Source: Phyllobacteriaceae bacterium
Lineage (GTDB): Bacteria > Pseudomonadota > Alphaproteobacteria > Rhizobiales > Rhizobiaceae
DNA: 43,013 nucleotides
Assembly (NCBI GenBank): GCA_024645155.1
Contig: JAHEGF010000002.1
Coordinates: 1-43,013, forward strand
Reading direction: 5' to 3'
A model generated the notes under the pieces. The model saw only the letters and a program-made list of their open reading frames with translations. It did no database searches and was not told the origin of the DNA. The position numbers were made by a program, and so were the translations under genes. Below are positions 27,261-36,107 of the stretch, piece after piece (within the stretch, counting starts at the first letter, position 1; every line of letters begins with the position of its first letter).

Positions 27261-28643
27261 TTAGCCGAAGACCAGCCGCGGCAGCCACAACACGATGCCG
27301 GGGAAAGCGATAAGGACACCGACCGTAATGACGTCGGCTACGAAGAACGGCGAAGCGCCGCGAAATACATCCTGAACCGAAATATCGTCGCGCACGCCGG
27401 CGACGACAAAACAGTTGAGACCGATCGGCGGCGTGATGAGGCACAACTCGGCCATTTTCACTACGATGATGCCGAACCAGATGGCGCACTCGGCACCGGA
27501 CATGCCGAGTGCCGAATCTGCAGCAGAGATGCCTTCACCACCATTCAATGCAATTACGGCGGGAAAAGTTACCGGCAATGTCAATATCAACATGCCGATG
27601 GCATCCATGAACATGCCGAGAATGACATAAGCACCGAGGATGCATAGCAATGTCAGCATTGGGGGTTGCTCGAGAGTCGTCAGCCAGGCTGCAAATGTTC
27701 CTGGAAGGTCTGCAAATCCGAGATAACGCACATATATCAGCACACCCCAGATCATGGTGAAAATCATTGTTGTGAGCTTGGCCGTTTCCATCAGCGCTCC
27801 GCCGAGGTTCTTCCAGCGCATGCCGTGCCAAAGCGCCAGCATAAGCACAATGAAGGCGCCAAGAGCACCGGCCTCGGTCGGCGTGCCCCAACCGAAATAG
27901 ATGCAGTAAATGATGATTGCGACGACAGCGAAGATGGGAAGTGCGCCGGGAATGCTCTCGAACCGTTGCTTCCAGGTGAAGCCTGAAATCGGGGGACCGA
28001 GGTCCTTTCGCCATTTCGCCAGACCGATGATCAAAACCGCGTAAATTACCGCTGAAACCAGTCCTGGCAGAAAACCAGCCATCAACAGCTGGCCGACGCT
28101 GGCTTCGACGATGATGGCATAAATTACAAGAATGGCAGATGGCGGGATGAGTGATGCGAGTGTTCCGCCGGCAGCGACGACGCCGGCGGCAAACCGCTTG
28201 TCGTATCCAAGTGCCAGCATTTCCGGGATCGCGATACGCGCAAACACTGCCGATGTTGCTACAGAAGCGCCCGACACCGCGGCAAAACCGGCAGTCGCAA
28301 ACACCGTTGCGACGCCGAGGCCGCCCGGCAGCCAGCCGACCCACCGTTTAGCCGCCTCAAACAGCGCCTTTGTCAATCCGGCATAGTAGGCAAGATATCC
28401 GATCAGGATAAATGTCGGAATTAGTGCCAGCACGTGCGTGGAGGTTTTGGAATGGGGAATTTGGCCGGAAATCTTAATGGCTGTCACGAATCCGCGTGCA
28501 AAGCCCTGGTTCTTGTCGATCGAGAAGATGATGAACAAGCCGATAAAACCGATAAGTGCGGTGGCAAATGCGACGCGGACACCGATCAGAACAAGGACAA
28601 TCAATACGCCGGCAAGAAGGATGGAGACCTCAATGGTGGTCAT
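27261..28643 (-). CDS. TRAP transporter large permease subunit (DctM family)
   Basis: 460-aa polytopic ORF with length and composition typical of DctM. It has a 4-nt overlap with the small subunit gene. Confidence 0.9.
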   Translation of the reverse strand: MTTIEVSILLAGVLIVLVLIGVRVAFATALIGFIGLFIIFSIDKNQGFARGFVTAIKISGQIPHSKTSTHVLALIPTFILIGYLAYYAGLTKALFEAAKRWVGWLPGGLGVATVFATAGFAAVSGASVATSAVFARIAIPEMLALGYDKRFAAGVVAAGGTLASLIPPSAILVIYAIIVEASVGQLLMAGFLPGLVSAVIYAVLIIGLAKWRKDLGPPISGFTWKQRFESIPGALPIFAVVAIIIYCIYFGWGTPTEAGALGAFIVLMLALWHGMRWKNLGGALMETAKLTTMIFTMIWGVLIYVRYLGFADLPGTFAAWLTTLEQPPMLTLLCILGAYVILGMFMDAIGMLILTLPVTFPAVIALNGGEGISAADSALGMSGAECAIWFGIIVVKMAELCLITPPIGLNCFVVAGVRDDISVQDVFRGASPFFVADVITVGVLIAFPGIVLWLPRLVFG

Positions 28644-29260
28644 CCGCGAGTCTCCTCGAAGCCGGATACGGTTTCGGCCTCATGGGCCGCCTGGGTTGCG
28701 GGATCCTCGATCAGAGGCACGGCCACCGGCGTGTCGTCTCCGCCCCGGATTGCAATGGCGTAGGCCCAGGCTTGCAGGAGCAGGCGCAGCAGCATCAGGG
28801 ACAGCGCAATCGGGACGGCGATTTTTACCGGCCAGGTTGGCAGGCGGATATCACCGGTGGAATCGCCGATATTGAACGCCCGCATTGCATGATCCAAGGA
28901 TCCGTAAATCAGTGCTGCGGTAATCGCAATCATCAGAATGACGCTGGCAAATTCGGCAATCCACAGCGGCCGGCCCTTCAATTTGCCGATCAGGATGTCC
29001 ATGCGGATATGGCCACCAAGTCTCTGGCAATAGGCGAGTCCGAGAAATGCCATCAGCGGCACTGCCGTTATCATCCAGTCGATAAATCCTGGTATGGGCC
29101 AATTAAACAGCTTGCGGCCGAGAATATTGGCAACCGACAAAAGCATGACCACGAGGATGACGATACCCGCTGCAAGATTGAGCCAGCTTTCAAAGCGGAA
29201 CATGAACCTGTCGGCTTGGCTGACAGCAGTATCGTTTTCACGAACATTTCCAGAAGACAT
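28640..29260 (-). CDS. TRAP transporter small permease subunit (DctQ family)
   Basis: 206 aa with 4 hydrophobic segments, positioned between the DctP-type and DctM-type genes. Confidence 0.8.
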   Translation of the reverse strand: MSSGNVRENDTAVSQADRFMFRFESWLNLAAGIVILVVMLLSVANILGRKLFNWPIPGFIDWMITAVPLMAFLGLAYCQRLGGHIRMDILIGKLKGRPLWIAEFASVILMIAITAALIYGSLDHAMRAFNIGDSTGDIRLPTWPVKIAVPIALSLMLLRLLLQAWAYAIAIRGGDDTPVAVPLIEDPATQAAHEAETVSGFEETRG

Positions 29261-29280
29261 GTGACCGTTTCTCCGTTAAT

Positions 29281-29311
29281 GCGCCGCGGCGTCAACAAAA
29301 CGCCGCGGCGC
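29281..29311 (-). promoter_or_regulatory. Intercistronic 11-bp all-GC hairpin (GCGCCGCGGCG - 9-nt loop - CGCCGCGGCGC) between the TRAP binding-protein and small-permease genes
   Basis: Read directly. It begins 11 nt after the binding-protein stop and ends 20 nt before the small-permease ATG. Confidence 0.6.
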
Positions 29312-29322
29312 CATGAAGCCGG

Positions 29323-30342
29323 CTACATGCCTTTGGTTTCGCCAATTGTCTTGATTACGAAATCATAGAGTTCGCGGGCCGGAAGTCCGGCTTCGGTATT
29401 GGCCTTGATCCAATCGTCGCGAACCGGACCAGCGGCGGCTTCGCGCATTTTGGCCACTTCGTCATCGGGCAGGGTGATCTTTTCGATGCCTTTTTCCGCC
29501 ATTAGCGGATCCCATTTGTCATACACTGCCTGATAGGCTGTGTAATATGCTTCCATCGCTTCCGGTATCGAGGACAGCAATGCTTCACGGTCGCCATCAG
29601 AAAGGGATGCGAGCGCATCAGTATTGGCAACCACCGGGCAGTTGACCGAGCCCGGATCGAGATTTGTCGTCCACCATTTCGCGATGTCGGTGGTGCGGAA
29701 CGACATATGTGCGTGCGGCGCAAAAGCGACCGCGTCAACGACACCGGATTCCAGCGCGTTGTAGGCTTCTGACGATGTCACCGAAGTTGGTACGGCACCA
29801 ACCTTTTCGAAAGCGTTGCCCATGCCGCCGGTGGCGCGAACCCTCATGCCCTTGAAATCTTCAACCGACTTTGGAGGATTGCCAACGCCAGCCAGATTAT
29901 ACTGTGGAAGAGGGGACGCCATGACGATCGTGGCATTCCAGCGGGACAGGTCCTTTACGGCCTCGGGATGCCTGTAAAGCGCTTCATCGAGCGCGCCCTC
30001 CTGACGCAATGTGTTGACGCCGATAAACGGTAGATCGAGCACCATCAATGTCGGGTTCTTGTCGGGATGATAGGCAGCACAAAATTGCGCCATCTCGAAT
30101 GCACCTATGGATATGCCGTCGAGATTTTCAGTGTTTTTCGACAGGCCGCCATAGGAAATGTTGAGTGTGAATTCGCCATTGGTCTTGGCCGAGACAAGAT
30201 CTGCCAACTTGTGGATATGCTCGGTAAATGCCCGGCGTTTTCCCCAGACCGATACGTTCCACTCGGTCGCGGCAAGTGCATCGCCAGCAATTATCGAAAA
30301 AGCGATTGCAGGGAAAACTGCAAGTTTCAGTGATGTTTTCAT
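29323..30342 (-). CDS. TRAP transporter substrate-binding protein (DctP family)
   Basis: Signal peptide MKTSLKLAVFPAIAFSIIAGDALA and the conserved-Arg block FKGMRVR. The ATG at 30342 is preceded by GGGAGA. The ORF-track start is at 30363. Confidence 0.85.
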   Translation of the reverse strand: MKTSLKLAVFPAIAFSIIAGDALAATEWNVSVWGKRRAFTEHIHKLADLVSAKTNGEFTLNISYGGLSKNTENLDGISIGAFEMAQFCAAYHPDKNPTLMVLDLPFIGVNTLRQEGALDEALYRHPEAVKDLSRWNATIVMASPLPQYNLAGVGNPPKSVEDFKGMRVRATGGMGNAFEKVGAVPTSVTSSEAYNALESGVVDAVAFAPHAHMSFRTTDIAKWWTTNLDPGSVNCPVVANTDALASLSDGDREALLSSIPEAMEAYYTAYQAVYDKWDPLMAEKGIEKITLPDDEVAKMREAAAGPVRDDWIKANTEAGLPARELYDFVIKTIGETKGM

Positions 30343-30673
30343 TGTTGTTTTCTCCCAAAACATTCTTGTTGTGGGGGAATGCTAGCAACTGGTTGGAAAT
30401 GCGCAACCCATTCAATGGGTCAATTGGATATTGGCTGGTCGGCTTGCGGATTCCGTTGCGCGCAGGCGGGGCCGGGGCCACGCATGTAGTGGCATTCAGG
30501 ATGATACCGGCCGAAAGATAACCGGCGTAGTGTGCGGGCACAAAGGCGCATTGCGCGCGAAAAATACATTGCCATCTCCACGGGAACCGTCGCGAGACCG
30601 ACGATTGGCGCGATCATAACTGCGATCGGTGAAGAAATGACTAAATCGGATGGACTGATTGCGTTGATATTGG

Positions 30674-31657
30674 TCAGGCATTGCCAATCAGCATTCCGGC
30701 GGCAAACACCAGTGAGCCACCCAGCACCACCTGGAAAATCGCCCGGCTCCAGGGTGTTTCCATATAACGGTTCTGGATCCAGACGATGGCCCACAGTTCA
30801 ATGAAAACGACAACGAATGCGATGACAGTCGCAGTCCAAAAGTCGGGGATCAGGTAGGGGAGGGCGTGACCGAGACCTCCTACAGTGGTCATGATACCGG
30901 TCGCCAGACCGCGCTTTATGGGTGAACCCCTGCCCGATATCACACCGTCATCAGATGCAACTTCCGTAAATCCCATCGAAATTCCCGCGCCGATTGATGC
31001 CGCCAGACCGACGAGAAATGTTGTCCACGTATTATGCGTTGCAAAGGCGGTGGCGAAGATCGGTGCGAGTGTCGAAACGGATCCATCCATCAGCCCTGCC
31101 AGTCCGGGCTGGACATAGGTCAGGATAAATTGCTTGCGCTCGGTTTCCTCTTCTTCTTCGCGCACGTCCTCGGGCGTATGCCTGGCTTCAAGATCGAGAG
31201 CCTTTTTTTCGTGGCCACTTTCGGCAATCGCCAGTTCGCCGAGCAGCTTGCGGGTGTCGGCATCGTGTGAACGCTGTGCGGCGGCAACATAGAAACGGTG
31301 CGCCTGCCGCTCCATCTCGGCGGCCTGGGCCCGGGCCTTTTCAATACCCAACGGACGCACCAGCCAATCGGGCTTCCGTTCGTAGTATCCGCGGACATGT
31401 TCACGGCGGATCAACGGAATGTGGTCGCCAAAGCGTTTCTTGTGCAAATCAATCAGGATCGCACGGTGGTGTGTTTCCTCCTTGGCCATGTCCTCGAATA
31501 TTTTTGCAGATTGCGGAAACTCGTCGCGCAGCCCGTCGGCATAGGCAAGATAAATCCGGGAATCATCCTCTTCCGCCGATATGGCCAGCGCGAGGATCTC
31601 CTGTTCGGAAAGCGAGTCAAAGGACCGGCGTCCGCCGTTGAAGAAGCGGCTAATCAA
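30674..31657 (-). CDS. mbfA: Membrane-bound ferritin-like / VIT1-CCC1 iron exporter
   Basis: N-terminal ferritin-like (erythrin) domain with EExxH motifs (AKEETHH, AESGHE) fused to a C-terminal VIT1-type membrane domain. This is the architecture of MbfA in Bradyrhizobium and Agrobacterium. Confidence 0.85.
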   Translation of the reverse strand: MISRFFNGGRRSFDSLSEQEILALAISAEEDDSRIYLAYADGLRDEFPQSAKIFEDMAKEETHHRAILIDLHKKRFGDHIPLIRREHVRGYYERKPDWLVRPLGIEKARAQAAEMERQAHRFYVAAAQRSHDADTRKLLGELAIAESGHEKKALDLEARHTPEDVREEEEETERKQFILTYVQPGLAGLMDGSVSTLAPIFATAFATHNTWTTFLVGLAASIGAGISMGFTEVASDDGVISGRGSPIKRGLATGIMTTVGGLGHALPYLIPDFWTATVIAFVVVFIELWAIVWIQNRYMETPWSRAIFQVVLGGSLVFAAGMLIGNA

Positions 31658-31825
31658 ATTGCGTCTCCCCGCGTATGTTCATTCGAGCATGGTCGGTGCA
31701 CAGCTAGGCATTCACTTCGCCCGGGTCAATGCCCGGTATTTTCGCTACTTCACATAGCTCACACAATTATGCGAAACCATTGCGCCGTGAAAATTGCTGC
31801 ACCATGTTGAGAAAATAACGGCAGA

Positions 31826-32638
31826 ATGAAAGTTATGGACCTACCAGATACCATATTTGACCGAATGGGGCGATGGATGGCTGACCGGCTGGAGGCCGAA
31901 TCCTCCGGTTACGAACCCTATACGCCGTCAGACCCCGATACGTTACGGCGGACGCTGGAACCCGGCGACATTTTGCTGGTTGAGGGCAACCAGCGCATAT
32001 CCGCAGTTATCAAATACCTCACCCAATCGACGTGGAGCCATGCAGCGCTATATGTGGGCGATGCCCTGCCGATACCCGAGGACGGATCGGACCAGCCGCG
32101 GCTTATCGAAGTCAATCTCGGCCAGGGTTGCATCGCTGTCCCGCTGACGAAATACCGTACCTACAATACACGTATCTGCCGGGCGAGCGGGCTGACACCT
32201 GAAGACCGGGAAACGGTCGTCAGTTTCATGGTTGACAAGATCGGACTGAAATACGACCTAAAAAATATCATTGATCTGCTGCGGTACTTTTTCCCGACGC
32301 CCCCTGTGCCGGTGCGCTGGCGACGGCGAATGATAGCATTTGGCTCCGGCGAACCGACGCGAGCAATTTGTTCGTCCCTGATAGCCCAGGCCTATCAGCA
32401 GGTTCGCTACCCGATATTGCCGGAAGTCACGCGTGCGCCTGGCCGTATGACGGCGCAGTCACGGTATTCGCGGCATGAGATCCTCGCGATCCGTCACCAT
32501 TCGCTGTTCACGCCTCGAGATTTTGACCTGTCGCCGTTTTTCCAGATCGTAAAACCGACACTTGCCTATGGTTTTGACTACAAGCAGCTGACCTGGAAGG
32601 CATGGGACAAGGACGATACTGACCTGCGGACTGGATAG
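31826..32638 (+). CDS. YiiX-like permuted papain/NlpC-P60-fold hydrolase
   Basis: The blocks GDILLVEG..., STWSHAALYVG and ICSSLIAQAY (permuted catalytic His/Cys arrangement) fit the YiiX/lipo-like family from memory. Confidence 0.6.
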   Translation: MKVMDLPDTIFDRMGRWMADRLEAESSGYEPYTPSDPDTLRRTLEPGDILLVEGNQRISAVIKYLTQSTWSHAALYVGDALPIPEDGSDQPRLIEVNLGQGCIAVPLTKYRTYNTRICRASGLTPEDRETVVSFMVDKIGLKYDLKNIIDLLRYFFPTPPVPVRWRRRMIAFGSGEPTRAICSSLIAQAYQQVRYPILPEVTRAPGRMTAQSRYSRHEILAIRHHSLFTPRDFDLSPFFQIVKPTLAYGFDYKQLTWKAWDKDDTDLRTG

Positions 32639-32661
32639 CCGCACGTGGATTCACGGGTAAA

Positions 32662-33684
32662 TCAAGCGGCAACGTGAGACCCTGTTCGGCGTCCCAATTC
32701 ACGAAACGAGATCAGTCGTCTGGAGCTTTCATCCCATAGTGCCAGCGGAATGCACTTCAAACTCTGCCAGAAGGTCAGCCGGCCGATATCCTTGAGTTCC
32801 GGATAGTCGCGAATTATTCTCGGCAACCGGTGGAACGGAACATTGCTCGACAGGTGATGGACATGATGGATGCCGATATAGCCTGTCATCCACATTAACG
32901 GCTTGGGCAGGTCATAATAGGAACTGCCGTAAAGCGCCGACACCTCGCGCTTCCAGTCCTGTGCCCGGTCCCAGTGGGTTGGGTCGAACTGGTGTTGAAC
33001 ATAAAAAAACCAGACGCCAAGAGAGGCGCCTATCACGACTATCGGCAATTGCGTGAGAATGAAATCGTGCAATCCAACGAGGTAGATCATCAGGCCGTAT
33101 ACGGCGACTATTCCCAGATTGGTTGCAAGGATCCCGATCCACGCTGTGCGGCCTTTTTTCCAAGCGCCATAAGGCATGCGATGGCGGACGATAAACAAAT
33201 AGGCTGGCCCGATGATGAACAGTACCACAGGGTGCCGGTAAAGCCGGTATTTGAGCTGCTCAAATGGAGACAGTTCGAGATACTCCTCGACGGTTAGCGT
33301 ATCGATGTCGCCAAATCCACGCTTGTCTAGATTCCCTGAACTTGCATGATGCAGCGCATGTGAATGGCGCCAGTAGTCATAAGGTGTGAGCGTAAAGACA
33401 CCCATGACGCGTCCGACCCAGTCATTCGTCGCACGTGAGGAAAACAAAGCGTAGTGCCCGCAATCATGTTGGATAATAAACAGCCGCAGCATGAAGCCTG
33501 CCGCTGGAATTGCAGCGATCACTGCGAGCAGAAAGCTGATCTGCAATGCCGCCCAAACGATAAACCAAGAAACAAGATAGGGAATTACCGAGATCGCTGT
33601 TTCGAAGACAGCGCGCCGGTTATCTGGACGCTTGTAAGGTGCCAGTCTTGCGACCCACGCCTTTTCTGTGACGCCGGTCACCAT
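32662..33684 (-). CDS. Membrane fatty-acid desaturase
   Basis: Three His boxes: HDCGH, HSHALHH and HHVHH. I prefer the ATG at 33684 (MVTGVTEKAWVARLAPYKRP...) by comparison with the usual N-terminus of the family. The ORF is open to 33753. Confidence 0.85.
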   Translation of the reverse strand: MVTGVTEKAWVARLAPYKRPDNRRAVFETAISVIPYLVSWFIVWAALQISFLLAVIAAIPAAGFMLRLFIIQHDCGHYALFSSRATNDWVGRVMGVFTLTPYDYWRHSHALHHASSGNLDKRGFGDIDTLTVEEYLELSPFEQLKYRLYRHPVVLFIIGPAYLFIVRHRMPYGAWKKGRTAWIGILATNLGIVAVYGLMIYLVGLHDFILTQLPIVVIGASLGVWFFYVQHQFDPTHWDRAQDWKREVSALYGSSYYDLPKPLMWMTGYIGIHHVHHLSSNVPFHRLPRIIRDYPELKDIGRLTFWQSLKCIPLALWDESSRRLISFRELGRRTGSHVAA

Positions 33685-33771
33685 GTTTTGCTCTGCAAAG
33701 GTAGCCCCACCCGCTTTGGTGCCGCGCATCCCGGCACATGATTCTGTGATCATGTATCAGCGAAACAACGC

Positions 33772-33798
33772 GCCGGGAACCGCCCGGCACCATTTTTT
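33772..33798 (+). terminator. Terminator-like element: GCCGGG-aaccg-CCCGGC followed by ACCA-TTTTTT (plus-strand orientation)
   Basis: Read directly. It lies in the desaturase/helicase intergenic region, and no plus-strand gene sits upstream. The T6 run is part of a T6-ATC-A6 palindrome (33793-33807). Confidence 0.3.
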
Positions 33799-33835
33799 AT
33801 CAAAAAAGCATGCGACAAATTTTCCGGCGGCGGGT

Positions 33836-33852
33836 GCGGTTTCCGAAACCGC
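33836..33852. promoter_or_regulatory. Perfect 17-bp palindrome GCGGTTTC-C-GAAACCGC upstream of a candidate promoter (TTGACT 33879-33884, 17 nt, CATATG 33902-33907)
   Basis: Read directly. The promoter call is weak because the -10 hexamer matches TATAAT at only 3 of 6 positions. Confidence 0.3.
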
Positions 33853-34177
33853 AAATGCTGCACTGCAACAAGAATGACTTGACTTGTCGATGGTAAAAGA
33901 CCATATGCACAGCGTACGTCATTTGGCTGCCGCGTGAGCAGCCCGCACCCGAACAATCCGCACATGCTCAAATGCATTGCGCCAAACGGTGCAGGAGACG
34001 GTACGCCTGCGCGGCATTGAGAACAATGACCGGCAGTTATTTCCAAGTTCCCATTTCACGCGGGGTTCTGACGGCCAGCCGGCCCCAACGGACAATCCGG
34101 TCCGGGGCGAGTATTTGGCCGCAACCTCAAGACGTCAGGCATCCGCCGGCCGAACAGGTCAGGTGGTGGCCAGGCGT

Positions 34178-35662
34178 ATGTCTACACAGCCCGGGCAGCA
34201 TGATGTTGCTCGCTGCACAAATAATGAAAGCATATACATTTTGAACCATTTTGAAGCCCTCGGGCTCTCCCCCGTCATAACAAAACCTCTTTCCGCGCTC
34301 GGCTATGACACGCCGACACCCATACAGCGCGAAGGCATACCTCTTCTTTTAAGTGGCCAAGACCTGATGGGTCTTGCGCAAACCGGCACCGGTAAAACCG
34401 CTGCATTCGGCTTGCCGCTGGTCCAGCATTTGCTGGGTATAGGCACCAAGCCGGCATCCAGGACAGTGCGAGCGCTTATCCTTGCGCCAACGCGTGAACT
34501 GGTAAACCAGATCGCCGTCAACATGCGTACCTTTGTTCGGCCGACCCATCTTCGTGTAACGACCGTTGTCGGCGGCTCATCGATAGGCGTGCAAATACGC
34601 AACCTGTCGCGCGGTACGGATATTCTGGTTGCCACCCCCGGCCGGCTGCTCGATCTCGTCGACCGGCGCGCCGTTCAGCTCGAAACCGTGAAGTTCCTCG
34701 TGCTGGACGAAGCCGATCAGATGCTTGATCTCGGATTTATTCACGCGTTGCGCAAAATCGCCAACCTCGTCGGAACTCCGCGCCAGACCATGCTGTTTTC
34801 GGCAACGATGCCGAAGCAGATAGCAGATCTAAGCCGCGCTTACCTGACCGATCCCGTACGCATCGAGATGACTCCTCCCGGCCGCGCTGCTGACAAGGTG
34901 CGCCAGACGGTGCATTTCGTTTCGCAACGCGCCAAGTCTGACCTGTTGAAATCCTGTCTCGGCGAACGGCCAGATGATTTGTCACTGGTATTCTCGCGCA
35001 CGAAACATGGCGCTGAAAAACTGATGAAGCACCTGGTGGCAAGCGGATTTTCCGCCGGTTCCATCCACGGGAACAAAAGCCAGGGGCAGCGCGAACGCGC
35101 TATCAAGGCCTTTCGTTCGGGCGAGATCCGTATCCTGGTCGCGACCGATGTCGCCGCCCGTGGTATCGACATACCAGGTGTCAGCCATGTGTATAATTAT
35201 GATCTTCCGGAAGTCGCGGAAAACTACATCCATCGCATTGGCCGGACCGCGCGCGCAGGCGCTGGAGGCGAGGCTATCGCGTTTTGTTCTCCCGATCAGG
35301 GAAAGCTGTTGCGCGGTATAGAGAAGCTGATGGGGCTCGGAATTGAGGTCGCCGGTGGCGACCCTTCTGCAACGGAAGATAATTCACCGGTTAGCGAGAA
35401 GAAACCTCATCACCGCGGCCAGGGGCCCGGCGGCAAAGGCCGGAACCGGCAGTCAGACCGCAATCCCCGCAAAAGCTCGCACCGGAAACAAGCGTCAGGC
35501 GGCGAGATTGAAACCGGAAATGAGCCGCAACGCGTCTTTGACGGTGACCGGATAAGCGAAAAACGGGACAGGCCAGCTAACGCCAACCGTCCGCAAAAAG
35601 GCCGGACAGGCCGTTCCACCAGTGCAAAATGGCGTGCCCGCCGCAGAAGGCCTGCAGCCTAA
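34178..35662 (+). CDS. rhlE: DEAD-box ATP-dependent RNA helicase with a basic C-terminal tail
   Basis: Q motif GYDTPTPIQ, AQTGTGKT, PTRELV, DEAD, SAT and HRIGRTARAG, followed by an Arg/Lys/Gly-rich tail. The start is uncertain: either the ATG at 34178 or the in-frame TTG at 34241 just before NHFEALGLS. The ORF-track start at 33977 is unlikely. Confidence 0.85.
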   Translation: MSTQPGQHDVARCTNNESIYILNHFEALGLSPVITKPLSALGYDTPTPIQREGIPLLLSGQDLMGLAQTGTGKTAAFGLPLVQHLLGIGTKPASRTVRALILAPTRELVNQIAVNMRTFVRPTHLRVTTVVGGSSIGVQIRNLSRGTDILVATPGRLLDLVDRRAVQLETVKFLVLDEADQMLDLGFIHALRKIANLVGTPRQTMLFSATMPKQIADLSRAYLTDPVRIEMTPPGRAADKVRQTVHFVSQRAKSDLLKSCLGERPDDLSLVFSRTKHGAEKLMKHLVASGFSAGSIHGNKSQGQRERAIKAFRSGEIRILVATDVAARGIDIPGVSHVYNYDLPEVAENYIHRIGRTARAGAGGEAIAFCSPDQGKLLRGIEKLMGLGIEVAGGDPSATEDNSPVSEKKPHHRGQGPGGKGRNRQSDRNPRKSSHRKQASGGEIETGNEPQRVFDGDRISEKRDRPANANRPQKGRTGRSTSAKWRARRRRPAA

Positions 35663-35713
35663 CCTGCCTGGTACCGGTACAGCGGGTTGACCGGCGGCAA
35701 AGTGCCTGCTCTT

Positions 35714-35738
35714 GTGCGCGGATAACGTTCCCGCGCAC
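35714..35738 (+). terminator. 8-bp GC hairpin (GTGCGCGG - 9 nt - CCGCGCAC) between the helicase and RidA genes
   Basis: Read directly. There is no U-tract, and it sits 15 nt upstream of the RidA ATG. It could be an attenuator, a processing site or nothing. Confidence 0.3.
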
Positions 35739-35753
35739 GAGAGAATCAACCTG

Positions 35754-36101
35754 ATGACTGTCAAACGGCTGCACAAAGGCTCCCGCATGAGCCAAATCGT
35801 AATTTACAACCGAACCATCTACCTCGCCGGACAAGTTGGCACGGGTTCAACCGTCGGCGAACAGACGGCGGATATGCTCGCTAAAGTCGACCGCCTTCTA
35901 AATGAGGCCGGTGCGTCGAAGTCAAATATTCTGTCGGCAATGATTTGGCTGTCTGATATGGCGAATTTCGCGGAAATGAACCTGGTATGGGACAACTGGA
36001 TCGACAGCGACAATCCGCCCGCGCGCGCGTGTGGTGAGGCCCGGCTGGCAACCGCGGAACATCTTGTCGAAGTTGTCATCGTTGCGGCCAAACCGGACTG
36101 A
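35754..36101 (+). CDS. RidA/YjgF-family protein (enamine/imine deaminase fold)
   Basis: 115 aa from the ATG at 35754. The pattern IYLAGQVG....Q....L.K.D.LL..AG..K..IL....WL.DM..F..MN.VW is typical of the family. Confidence 0.8.
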   Translation: MTVKRLHKGSRMSQIVIYNRTIYLAGQVGTGSTVGEQTADMLAKVDRLLNEAGASKSNILSAMIWLSDMANFAEMNLVWDNWIDSDNPPARACGEARLATAEHLVEVVIVAAKPD

Positions 36102-36107
36102 TCTGCG

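Noticed and set aside
27535-29368. Long alternative-frame and antisense ORFs (269 aa on the minus strand, 270 aa on the plus strand) over the TRAP permease genes
   Set aside because: They overlap the DctM and DctQ genes. Their Arg/His/Cys-rich sequences fit frame-shifted reading of hydrophobic GC-rich codons.
31658-31825. Search for an Irr ICE box (TTTAGAA-N3-TTCTAAA) or a RirA-type TGA-N9-TCA box upstream of mbfA
   Set aside because: I could not find a convincing match by eye, so no iron-regulatory site is claimed.
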